Assembly: GCA_902783795.1 (NCBI GenBank)
Contig: CACZSO010000363.1
Coordinates: forward strand, 1 to 27,975
From: an uncultured Eubacteriales bacterium
Lineage (GTDB): Bacteria > Bacillota > Clostridia > Lachnospirales > Lachnospiraceae
Direction of reading: 5' to 3'
DNA: 27,975 nt
The notes under the pieces were generated by a model. The model ran no database searches. It was not told the origin of the DNA and saw only the letters and a program-made list of their open reading frames with translations. This document shows, in pieces, positions 7,687-15,127 of this stretch; the stretch's first letter is position 1; each line of letters begins with the position of its first letter. The translations under genes were made by a program, and so were the position numbers.

Positions 7687-9012
7687 TCAGTAAAGTCTTC
7701 TGACCGCTATGATGGGGGCAATGTACAGGCTTCCGAAGGAAACTCTCTTGCCGGGACTGGGGGCATGGACGATTACACCGTTGCCGTAATAAATGGCTAC
7801 ATGGCCGTTATAGCAGACCATATCGCCCGGCTGGATGTTCTCCAGCGCCACTGCATATCCTAAGGACCGCAGGGTCGTGGAATCATAAGCATGAGAATTC
7901 GCCGCATACTGATCGATCAGGCCAAAGTGTGCATAGACCTGGGATACAAAGCCGCTGCAGTCAGCGCCATACTGAAGGCTGGCACAGCCCCAGGCATATG
8001 GCAGTACATTGACGTACTGGGCTGCAAAGTTCGGGATCTGGTATGTCATAGATGCCCGGTAAGCCCGTTCCGCTGCTTCTGCTGCTTCCCGCTCTTCCCG
8101 TTCCTTACGCTCTGCTTCTTCTCTGGCTTCTCTGGCCTTCCGCTCCGCTTCTTCCGCCATCTGCTGGTTAAACTCATCAAATGAGGTATCAGACTCGTGG
8201 GAAAGACGCTCACGGTTCAGCTCTATCGTCCATACCTGGTTGCGGATAATGGACGATGTTTCCGCCAGGTTATACTGGTCACAGATGTCTGAAAGGTAGC
8301 TGTAGTTTTCCAGTGCATAGACCAGGACCGTATACATACCTAAGTAGGAGCCGGATTCCTGTGCGTTCGGGAAAGCTTCTTTCAGCACGTAATTCACTTC
8401 TGCGGCATAATTCTTAAAGCGCTGTTTTGCTTCGTCAGGCAGGGAGGCGAAATCCTCACCCCACTTGACAGCTTCCGGAATAGGCGTGTTATCCCTGTAT
8501 TCTTCATGGACCAGCTGCTTAAAGGCAGCCGCCTCATCACCGAATACCACATATTTGCCCATGATGTAGCCTTCCATCCCGTTGATATAGACCTTATACC
8601 AAAGGGTACTGTTGGATATGCGCTCACCGATGACATAGATCTCCATGCCGCGGTATTCATGAGCCACCACATCCGACAGCATGGTGGAAGACGCCCTGAC
8701 GTTCAGGGAGGATTCTACATTCACAACGCCGATCACCCGTTTTTCATACAGGGTCTCCACATCTGCCTCCGGGGCATCTGTACCGTTATCGATCCTGTAT
8801 TTATCTGCATTCTCCTTGATAGGAGAAAGCCGGTTCATCAGCTGTTCGGCTGCATCCGGATTCGCTTCAAAATAGCGTCTTAAGGCCAGGGAGGCTCCGC
8901 CGAAAGCGGTCCTGGCGTCAATATTGTCAAAAGAAGTCGCCCGGGAAGCCAGGCTTCCCAGCGCGACTGTCATGAAAACGATAAATATTAAAGCTATCAG
9001 CTTCTTCTTCAT
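7687..9012 (-). CDS. Secreted SH3b + coiled-coil + NlpC/P60 (C40) peptidoglycan endopeptidase, paralog B
   Basis: Signal peptide MKKKLIALIF..., SH3b-like SLNVRAS...WYKVYINGMEGYI, E/R/A-rich coil, C40 domain LPYAWG...DCSGFV...GDMVCYNGHVAIY...IVHA with intact Cys-His-His. Confidence 0.9.
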   Translation of the reverse strand: MKKKLIALIFIVFMTVALGSLASRATSFDNIDARTAFGGASLALRRYFEANPDAAEQLMNRLSPIKENADKYRIDNGTDAPEADVETLYEKRVIGVVNVESSLNVRASSTMLSDVVAHEYRGMEIYVIGERISNSTLWYKVYINGMEGYIMGKYVVFGDEAAAFKQLVHEEYRDNTPIPEAVKWGEDFASLPDEAKQRFKNYAAEVNYVLKEAFPNAQESGSYLGMYTVLVYALENYSYLSDICDQYNLAETSSIIRNQVWTIELNRERLSHESDTSFDEFNQQMAEEAERKAREAREEAERKEREEREAAEAAERAYRASMTYQIPNFAAQYVNVLPYAWGCASLQYGADCSGFVSQVYAHFGLIDQYAANSHAYDSTTLRSLGYAVALENIQPGDMVCYNGHVAIYYGNGVIVHAPSPGKRVSFGSLYIAPIIAVRRLY

Positions 9013-9111
9013 ATAACATCTTTACGCCCCATGACCTGTGCTTTTTCTGCCGCAAGACAAGGCAGCTTTAGTACTGCTATAATAAAGAACAGAAAAAGTT
9101 CATCAGGGGTT

Positions 9112-10998
9112 TCAGTAAAGTCTCCTTACTGTAATAATTCTGTCGAAGTTTACATAACCGATCTCGACAGTTCTTCCTGCTGCGGCTTCATGGATCACAC
9201 GGTGATTACCGGCTGCATCCACGCCCCAGTAGATCGCGACATGGCCTTCATAACAGATCATATCGCCAGGCTGCATATCAGCTACGCCGACTGCTGCGCC
9301 TATGCCCCTTAAGGAGCCTGAGTAATAATTGCCATGGTTCGCAGCCCAAGCCTGTGAGACCAGGCCGCATCTGGCATAGATCAGCATGGCAAAACCGGAG
9401 CAGTCACATCCAGACTCCAGGCTGGTCCCGCCCCATACATAGGGCAGCCATCCGGTAAAAGGTTCCGCCTGTGCAACGATAGCCAGGCCGGCTGCATTAT
9501 AATTCATGCCTTCTTTACGAGGCGGTACGACCATTACAGAAGCACACTGTGCAGCAAGGGCGGCATTAGCCTGGGCATTTTCAGCTTCCTGGCGGGCGGC
9601 CTCTTCTTCCGCTCTCCTGTCCGCTGCTTCCTGTTCCGCCTGCTGTGCGGCAGCTTCTAATTCTTCAGCCCTTCTGGCTGCATCATCGGCCCCGCCATTT
9701 TCCGGAACAGCCGGTTCAGTTTCAGCCTGCTGTGCTGCTTCCTGTTCCGCTGCTAAAGAAGCGGCGATCTCCTGCTGTCTTCTTTCTTCCTCTGCCTGCC
9801 TTCTGGCTTCTTCTTCCCGGCGGGCTCTTTCTTCAGCTTCCAGTCTAGCCTGTTCAGCTTCCTGGCGCCTTCTTTCTGCTTCCTGTTCAGCGGCTATACG
9901 TTCTGCTTCTGCCTGTCTTCTGGCGGCTTCAGCTTCTGCGGCCTCCTGCTCCAGACGGCGGTTTTCTTCATCGATCTTAGCCTGGGCTTCTGCATTGATC
10001 TCTGCGAACATTTCAGCCTCAGACCGGCCGCTCATGGCGCTTAAGGAAGCCCTGGTCTCATTGACCTGTGCCAAAGCATTAGATGCAGCAGCCTTTGTCG
10101 CGCTTAATCCCTGCTCAGAAGCAATATCGATCACCCGCTGCAGGCAGTCACAGACGTAGACCACCACTGAGAACAGACGAGTGGGATTATTTTCAGCCTG
10201 TACTGCAGCATAGGTGTCACCCAGGCAGTAACGGACTTCTGCCGCATAATAAAGCAGCATATCGGCCACATCACCGGAAACAGCATTCAGATCCTGTCCG
10301 GGGATGGCAAAATCTTTCGGAAGGCCGCTGGCCTGAGGTACCGTCTCTTCCGGAGTCTGCGTGGTTTCAGGCACTGTAGTTGCCGGTACAGTCTCTTCCG
10401 CCGATGTTTCGGCTTCAGTCTCACTGATGCTCTCAGCAGTTTCTTCTAAGGAAGACGGCTGGGTCTCTTCAGCTTCTGACGAAGCTTCCGTTTCCTTCTC
10501 ATCTTCTGCTTCCTCCGGATCCTTGCTGAGTTCGATGAAATCAGACAGTGCATAACCGGTCTCGCCATACAGAGTGACCTTATACCAGAGACGTCCGCCG
10601 GTGGTCCTTTCACCTATAACAGCAAGTTCAGACATATCGCCGGTCACGGCTACCACATCAGACATGGTAGTGGGCAAGGCGCGGATATTCAGAGAATAAT
10701 CCACATGGACCAGGCCAGTCTTTGTCTCCTTATACAGGATTTCTCCTTCGGCTTCAGCCGGATCAACAGCGCCTTTATCTCTGAAGACCGCTGTATTTTC
10801 CACCGTAGGAAGGAGCATCTTCAGGACATTCGCCGCATCTTTATTATTTTCGAGATAACGGGAAAGCGCCACCGATGCACCGGCTACAGCTGTCTTGGAA
10901 TCCAGCTCATCATAGGTAAATGCTGCCGGTGAAGAAGTACCGAAAAGTACTGCCGCGATAAGTAATGCAATTGTCTGCTTAAAGTATTTTTTCATCAT
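9112..10998 (-). CDS. Secreted SH3b + long coiled-coil + NlpC/P60 (C40) peptidoglycan endopeptidase, paralog A
   Basis: Signal peptide MMKKYFKQTIALL... (likely start ATG 10998 or 10995; the ORF track uses TTG 11016), SH3b SLNIRA...WYKVTLYGETGY, T/E/S-rich linker, QEAE/EAERR coil, LPYVWGG...DCSGF...GDMICYEGHVAIY...VIHE. Confidence 0.9.
   Translation of the reverse strand: MMKKYFKQTIALLIAAVLFGTSSPAAFTYDELDSKTAVAGASVALSRYLENNKDAANVLKMLLPTVENTAVFRDKGAVDPAEAEGEILYKETKTGLVHVDYSLNIRALPTTMSDVVAVTGDMSELAVIGERTTGGRLWYKVTLYGETGYALSDFIELSKDPEEAEDEKETEASSEAEETQPSSLEETAESISETEAETSAEETVPATTVPETTQTPEETVPQASGLPKDFAIPGQDLNAVSGDVADMLLYYAAEVRYCLGDTYAAVQAENNPTRLFSVVVYVCDCLQRVIDIASEQGLSATKAAASNALAQVNETRASLSAMSGRSEAEMFAEINAEAQAKIDEENRRLEQEAAEAEAARRQAEAERIAAEQEAERRRQEAEQARLEAEERARREEEARRQAEEERRQQEIAASLAAEQEAAQQAETEPAVPENGGADDAARRAEELEAAAQQAEQEAADRRAEEEAARQEAENAQANAALAAQCASVMVVPPRKEGMNYNAAGLAIVAQAEPFTGWLPYVWGGTSLESGCDCSGFAMLIYARCGLVSQAWAANHGNYYSGSLRGIGAAVGVADMQPGDMICYEGHVAIYWGVDAAGNHRVIHEAAAGRTVEIGYVNFDRIITVRRLY
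9590..9960 (-). repeat. Low-complexity imperfect repeats encoding an E/A/R/Q-rich coiled coil
   Basis: Recurring DNA unit GCTTCCTGTTC(C/A)GC and protein repeats such as AEQEA, RRQAEAE and RRQEAE. Confidence 0.7.
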
Positions 10999-11029
10999 TC
11001 CCACTTTATTACTCAAAGGTTTAATAATT

Positions 11030-11046
11030 GTTACAAATTTATTACA
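11030..11046 (-). promoter_or_regulatory. WalR/OmpR-type direct-repeat box 1
   Basis: Minus strand TGTAAT-AAATT-TGTAAC, an exact match to the WalR consensus TGTWAH-N5-TGTWAH, at or just after the predicted transcription start of paralog A. Confidence 0.6.
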
Positions 11047-11053
11047 CCTCTGT

Positions 11054-11081
11054 ATTATAACACATCTTTTCAGTTTGTCAA
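11054..11081 (-). promoter_or_regulatory. Consensus sigA promoter of the NlpC/P60 cluster
   Basis: TTGACA (11081-11076), 16-bp spacer, TGt-TATAAT (11059-11054). Confidence 0.85.
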
Positions 11082-11253
11082 TGCTGTTCTCGAAAATAAT
11101 AGCATTAAATTGTTAAAAAATTTTGAACGAAGAATGAATCTGCCATATTTCTTAAAAATCTAAAAAAGTCTTGTTTTATGCGGTTTTCAGATGATATTTT
11201 CTTCATTATCTGCTTCATTTCCAGGGTAATATTTGTCCTGTTTTTTTCATCTT

Positions 11254-11270
11254 ATAACATTTTTGTAACA
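11254..11270 (-). promoter_or_regulatory. WalR/OmpR-type direct-repeat box 2
   Basis: Minus strand TGTTAC-AAAAA-TGTTAT, an exact match to TGTWAH-N5-TGTWAH; ends about 10 bp upstream of the -35 of the divergent SDR promoter. Confidence 0.55.
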
Positions 11271-11279
11271 TTTTCAGGC

Positions 11280-11308
11280 TTTACTTAAGGAAATTCTTTT
11301 CTTATAAT
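11280..11308 (+). promoter_or_regulatory. sigA-type promoter of the SDR gene
   Basis: TTTACT (11280-11285), 17-bp spacer, TATAAT (11303-11308). Confidence 0.65.
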
Positions 11309-11372
11309 AAAAAAGAAAAACGGACAGAGTTCTTAACAAATAAGCCCTCTGGCAGATGAAAGGAATAGATCT

Positions 11373-12077
11373 ATGAACCGAAAAGTGATCATAACCGGTG
11401 CTTCCGGAGGCATCGGTCTGGCCATTGCAAAAAAACTGTACAACGAACAGGACCGGATCATCGCCTGCTGTTTCCGTCATCCGGAAAAACTCCGGGACTT
11501 ACCCGGCATCACCCTGTTTACAGGGGATCTTTCCCGGGAAGATGAGGTCAGGCGTCTCTTTTCTCTGGCAGAAAAGGAATTTGCTGTTCCCGATGTGCTG
11601 ATCAATGCCGCCGGCATCGCTGACATCCGGCTTTTCCAGGATTCTGATGATGATAACCTGCTTCGAGTTATGAACACAGACCTTCTGTCCTGTATCCGCT
11701 GTTCAAAAGAGGCTGCCCGGCTGATGCTTAAAAAGAAGCGGGGAAGGATCCTGAATCTATCTTCTGTCTGGGGTTCTTTCGGTGCTTCCTGTGAAGTGGA
11801 ATATTCTGCAGCCAAAGGCGGCATCGAAGCCTTTACCAAGGCTCTGGCCAAGGAACTGGCCCCCTCTCACATCCAGGTCAATGCTCTCTCTTTAGGCGCC
11901 ATCGATACGGCTATGAATGACCTGTTGGATGAAGAAGAAAAGCAGGTACTTATATCAGAGATCCCGGCAGGCCGTATGGGAAAGGCAGAAGAAGTGGCCG
12001 AAATGGTCTCCCTTCTTATCAGTGCGCCGGAATACCTGACCGGGGCTGTCATTAAATTTGACGGCGGATGGATGTGA
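11373..12077 (+). CDS. Short-chain dehydrogenase/reductase, FabG-like (YmfI/EF-P 5-aminopentanone reductase-like)
   Basis: TGASGGIG, INAAGI, SSVWGSFGASCEVEYSAAKGG (YxxxK), GAIDTAMN, DGGWM. The SSxWG..GASCEV motif recalls the YmfI clade. Confidence 0.85.
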   Translation: MNRKVIITGASGGIGLAIAKKLYNEQDRIIACCFRHPEKLRDLPGITLFTGDLSREDEVRRLFSLAEKEFAVPDVLINAAGIADIRLFQDSDDDNLLRVMNTDLLSCIRCSKEAARLMLKKKRGRILNLSSVWGSFGASCEVEYSAAKGGIEAFTKALAKELAPSHIQVNALSLGAIDTAMNDLLDEEEKQVLISEIPAGRMGKAEEVAEMVSLLISAPEYLTGAVIKFDGGWM

Positions 12078-12093
12078 TCTTTTTATAAATGAA

Positions 12094-12121
12094 GCCGGGC
12101 GGGTCTCTGGACCCGCCCGGC
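12094..12121. terminator. Bidirectional intrinsic terminator between convergent SDR and glyQS
   Basis: Perfect 12-bp stem GCCGGGCGGGTC-TCTG-GACCCGCCCGGC followed by ATTTT. Confidence 0.88.
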
Positions 12122-12145
12122 ATTTTCTAAGTATTTATGAAATGA

Positions 12146-13534
12146 TTACCAGACCAGCCGGTCTCTGATGTAATCCTTTAACTCATCGATCCTGACACGT
12201 TCCTGCTCCATAGTATCACGGTCACGGACGGTGACGCAGCCATCTTCTTCTGAATCAAAGTCATAGGTGATACACCAGGGTGTGCCGATCTCATCCTGTC
12301 TTCTGTAGCGCTTTCCGATAGAACCCCTGTCATCAAATTCGCAGTTGAAATATTTGGAAAGTTCCTGATACAGGGCTTCTGCCTTCTCATTCAGCTTCTT
12401 GGAAAGCGGGAACACAGCCGCCTTTACCGGTGCCAGGGCCGGATGGAAATGCATGACGGTACGGACATCGTTCTCTCCCACTTCTTCTTCATCATAGGCA
12501 GAACACAGGAAAGCCAGTACCACACGGTCAGCACCTAAGGAGGGCTCCACCACGTAAGGGATGAATTTCTCCTTTGTATCATCGTCATAATAGGTCATAT
12601 CCTGGCCGGAGGTGTTCTGATGCTGGGTCAGGTCATAATCCGTCCTGTCAGCAATACCCCAGAGTTCGCCCCAGCCGAAGGGGAACAGGAATTCCAGATC
12701 CGTGGTGCCCTTGGAGTAGAATACCAGCTCTTCCGGATCATGGTCCCGGGCCCGAAGCTCATCCTCCTTCATGCCTAAGGTCTTCAGCCAGTCGATGCAG
12801 AACTGACGCCAGTAGGAGAACCACTCCAGATCTGTTCCGGGCTTGCAGAAGAATTCCAGCTCCATCTGCTCGAATTCCCTGGTACGGAAAGTGAAGTTGC
12901 CGGGCGTGATCTCATTCCGGAAAGCCTTGCCGATCTGGCCGATGCCAAAAGGCAGTTTTTTCCGGGAAGTACGCTGGACATTCTTAAAGTTCACGAAAAT
13001 GCCCTGGGCAGTCTCAGGCCGCAGATATACGGTATTCTTCGCATCTTCAGTAACACCCTGGAAGGTCTTGAACATCAGGTTGAACTGACGGATGTCGGTA
13101 AAATTATGAGACCCGCAGGTGGGACACGGAATATTCTCCGCGTCGATGTAAGCCTTCATCTCTTCATGAGACCAGGCATCCAGCGGTTTTTCAGGGGCAA
13201 TGCCCTTTTCATTCATATAGTCTTCGATCAGTTTATCAGCACGGAAACGTTCCTTGCACTCCTTGCAGTCTAACAGCGGATCCGCAAAGCCTCCCACATG
13301 ACCGGAAGCCACCCAGACCTGGGGATTCATCAGGATCGCGCAGTCCACACCCACATTAAAGGGGGATTCCTGCACAAACTTCTGCCACCAGGCTTTTTTC
13401 ACATTATTCTTAAGCTCCACGCCCAAGTTCCCGTAATCCCAGGTATTTGCCAGACCGCCATAGATCTCTGAACCAGGGTAGATAAAGCCCCGGGATTTAC
13501 AGAGTGCTACGATCTTCTCCATGCTTTTTTCCAT
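12146..13534 (-). CDS. glyQS: Glycine--tRNA ligase, single-subunit (alpha2) type
   Basis: [71 protein letters not shown]; SD AAGGAG. Confidence 0.97.
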   Translation of the reverse strand: MEKSMEKIVALCKSRGFIYPGSEIYGGLANTWDYGNLGVELKNNVKKAWWQKFVQESPFNVGVDCAILMNPQVWVASGHVGGFADPLLDCKECKERFRADKLIEDYMNEKGIAPEKPLDAWSHEEMKAYIDAENIPCPTCGSHNFTDIRQFNLMFKTFQGVTEDAKNTVYLRPETAQGIFVNFKNVQRTSRKKLPFGIGQIGKAFRNEITPGNFTFRTREFEQMELEFFCKPGTDLEWFSYWRQFCIDWLKTLGMKEDELRARDHDPEELVFYSKGTTDLEFLFPFGWGELWGIADRTDYDLTQHQNTSGQDMTYYDDDTKEKFIPYVVEPSLGADRVVLAFLCSAYDEEEVGENDVRTVMHFHPALAPVKAAVFPLSKKLNEKAEALYQELSKYFNCEFDDRGSIGKRYRRQDEIGTPWCITYDFDSEEDGCVTVRDRDTMEQERVRIDELKDYIRDRLVW

Positions 13535-13563
13535 ATCAGTTTCTCCTTACACTATGTCAATGA

Positions 13564-14292
13564 TCATTTGAAAATGATCGCTACTTTCTTACCGCCTGCA
13601 GAGTTGATGCAGTTCAGGTCTTTCGTATAAACGGCCCCTTTGGAATAAGCCACGACCTTGCCTTCTCCATACAGCACTGCCTTGATATCACAGATCATAT
13701 AACGGTAGGAACCGCCCTTGCTCTCTCCGGTCCAGCCGCTGATATCCACGGCTTTTCCTGAAGGATCCACGAATTCCATAGAAGAAAGGGCGCTGTCAGG
13801 CGACAGAAGCGTCCCGGCTTTCAGAATGCTTCCGGACCGTTTCTGCAGCTCCGACTTATTATATTCCAGGAAGTCTGCCGCATCATAATATTTCAGGATC
13901 TGGGTCAGGACATTTTTAGAGACTGAGCACGTCTCCACTTCAATGGCATTGACCTTTTTTCCCTTTTCATCAGGATAGGGATGGGCAGCATTATATTCTG
14001 CCAGCTCTTCCTCCAGAAATCCTTCATATTCTTTCGCATCATACTTCGATGTATCGAAATCATACAAAGTGCAGTCCCTGATCTCCAGTTTAGAGGTCAG
14101 GTAGATGCCGTTCGTTGTATTTCCGAAAGTATCCACTTCCGGTTCTGTTTCTCTTCTGGAATCCTTGCTGGTGCCGGAGGAATCCTGACTGCTGATACCG
14201 GGTTCTGTATCAGAACCTTCCGGTTCTTTTCCGCAGGCCGCCACGAGGACCAGCCCAAGGATAAGAAAAACAGTGATCATAACTTTTTTCAT
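13564..14292 (-). CDS. Hypothetical lipoprotein
   Basis: MKKVMITVFLILGLVLVAA-C lipobox followed by an S/E/G-rich tether. Likely start ATG 14292 with SD GGGAG. No recognisable catalytic motif. Confidence 0.8.
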   Translation of the reverse strand: MKKVMITVFLILGLVLVAACGKEPEGSDTEPGISSQDSSGTSKDSRRETEPEVDTFGNTTNGIYLTSKLEIRDCTLYDFDTSKYDAKEYEGFLEEELAEYNAAHPYPDEKGKKVNAIEVETCSVSKNVLTQILKYYDAADFLEYNKSELQKRSGSILKAGTLLSPDSALSSMEFVDPSGKAVDISGWTGESKGGSYRYMICDIKAVLYGEGKVVAYSKGAVYTKDLNCINSAGGKKVAIIFK

Positions 14293-14336
14293 AACCAAAC
14301 TCCCGTCTATAGATTAGATAGTCTATACAAAACTTC

Positions 14337-14365
14337 ATTTTAACCGTTATGCAGGATTTTAGCAA
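14337..14365 (-). promoter_or_regulatory. Internal sigA-type promoter for lipoprotein-glyQS
   Basis: TTGCTA (14365-14360), 17-bp spacer, TAAAAT (14342-14337), right after the recO stop. Confidence 0.6.
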
Positions 14366-14368
14366 GCA

Positions 14369-15112
14369 CTAATTTATCAAAACCTCCAGCATTTTTCTGG
14401 ATTCCGGTTCTCTGTCCCACACATGCATCAGGATCCTGTCTGAAACATAGGAAAGCTGCGAGAGCACATCGTCCCTTACCGCAAAGGTGTAAAGAGACTG
14501 AAGGCGTGTGGTCCGGATGAAATTATAGGCGTATAAAGCACTGCGGGATAAATAAAATCCCTTATCCTCCGGCTCACAGTCTGTGCAGACCGCCTGCATA
14601 AGAGAGGGCTTGAACCGCCCTTCCACCAAAGGCTTCCGGCAGACGCAGCAAACGGAAAGGTCCGGACTCAGACCATTCATCTGAAGCAGCTTCAGTTCAA
14701 AGACCCGACGGGTCAGCTGGTGTGCTATCCGTTCATCCGATAAAGCCTTCAACGTCCGATAGACCAGTTCTGTGAGTTCGCTTTCATCCGTATTCTCCCG
14801 GGCAAAATCCTGGGCTAATTCCAGAAAATAGCAGCCATAAGCGGTCTTCTCCACATCTTTGACAATGTCTTCAAAATACTCCGAGATCTCTGCCCTTGCC
14901 ACAGTATAGGCATTCCTACCCGGGCTCAGTGTAAACTGCCCGAAAGCAAAGGTCCGTGTCCGGGCGCCCAAGGGAGATGTCATCCTTTTGGCTCCTCTCA
15001 CGAACGCCGACATCCGACCCATTTCTTTTGTCAGGATCACCACCCGCTTATCCGCTTCGCCTATGGGCATGCCGGACAATATGATCCCGTTTACGATGAT
15101 TTCTGCTGCCAT
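14369..15112 (-). CDS. recO: DNA repair protein RecO
   Basis: GEADKRVVILTKEMGRMSAFVRGAKR, FAFGQFTL, YFLEL, FELKLLQMNGLSPDLSVCCVC...CTDC zinc finger. Confidence 0.95.
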   Translation of the reverse strand: MAAEIIVNGIILSGMPIGEADKRVVILTKEMGRMSAFVRGAKRMTSPLGARTRTFAFGQFTLSPGRNAYTVARAEISEYFEDIVKDVEKTAYGCYFLELAQDFARENTDESELTELVYRTLKALSDERIAHQLTRRVFELKLLQMNGLSPDLSVCCVCRKPLVEGRFKPSLMQAVCTDCEPEDKGFYLSRSALYAYNFIRTTRLQSLYTFAVRDDVLSQLSYVSDRILMHVWDREPESRKMLEVLIN

Positions 15113-15127
15113 AAGCTTTTTATTTCC

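Noticed and set aside
9031-9312. 93-aa plus-strand ORF in the paralog spacer
   Set aside because: Starts upstream of the candidate antisense promoter, has no SD and is mostly antisense to the NlpC/P60 domain.
9506-10159. 217-aa Ala/Ser-rich plus-strand ORF
   Set aside because: Expected stop-free reverse frame of the E/A/R/Q low-complexity coil.
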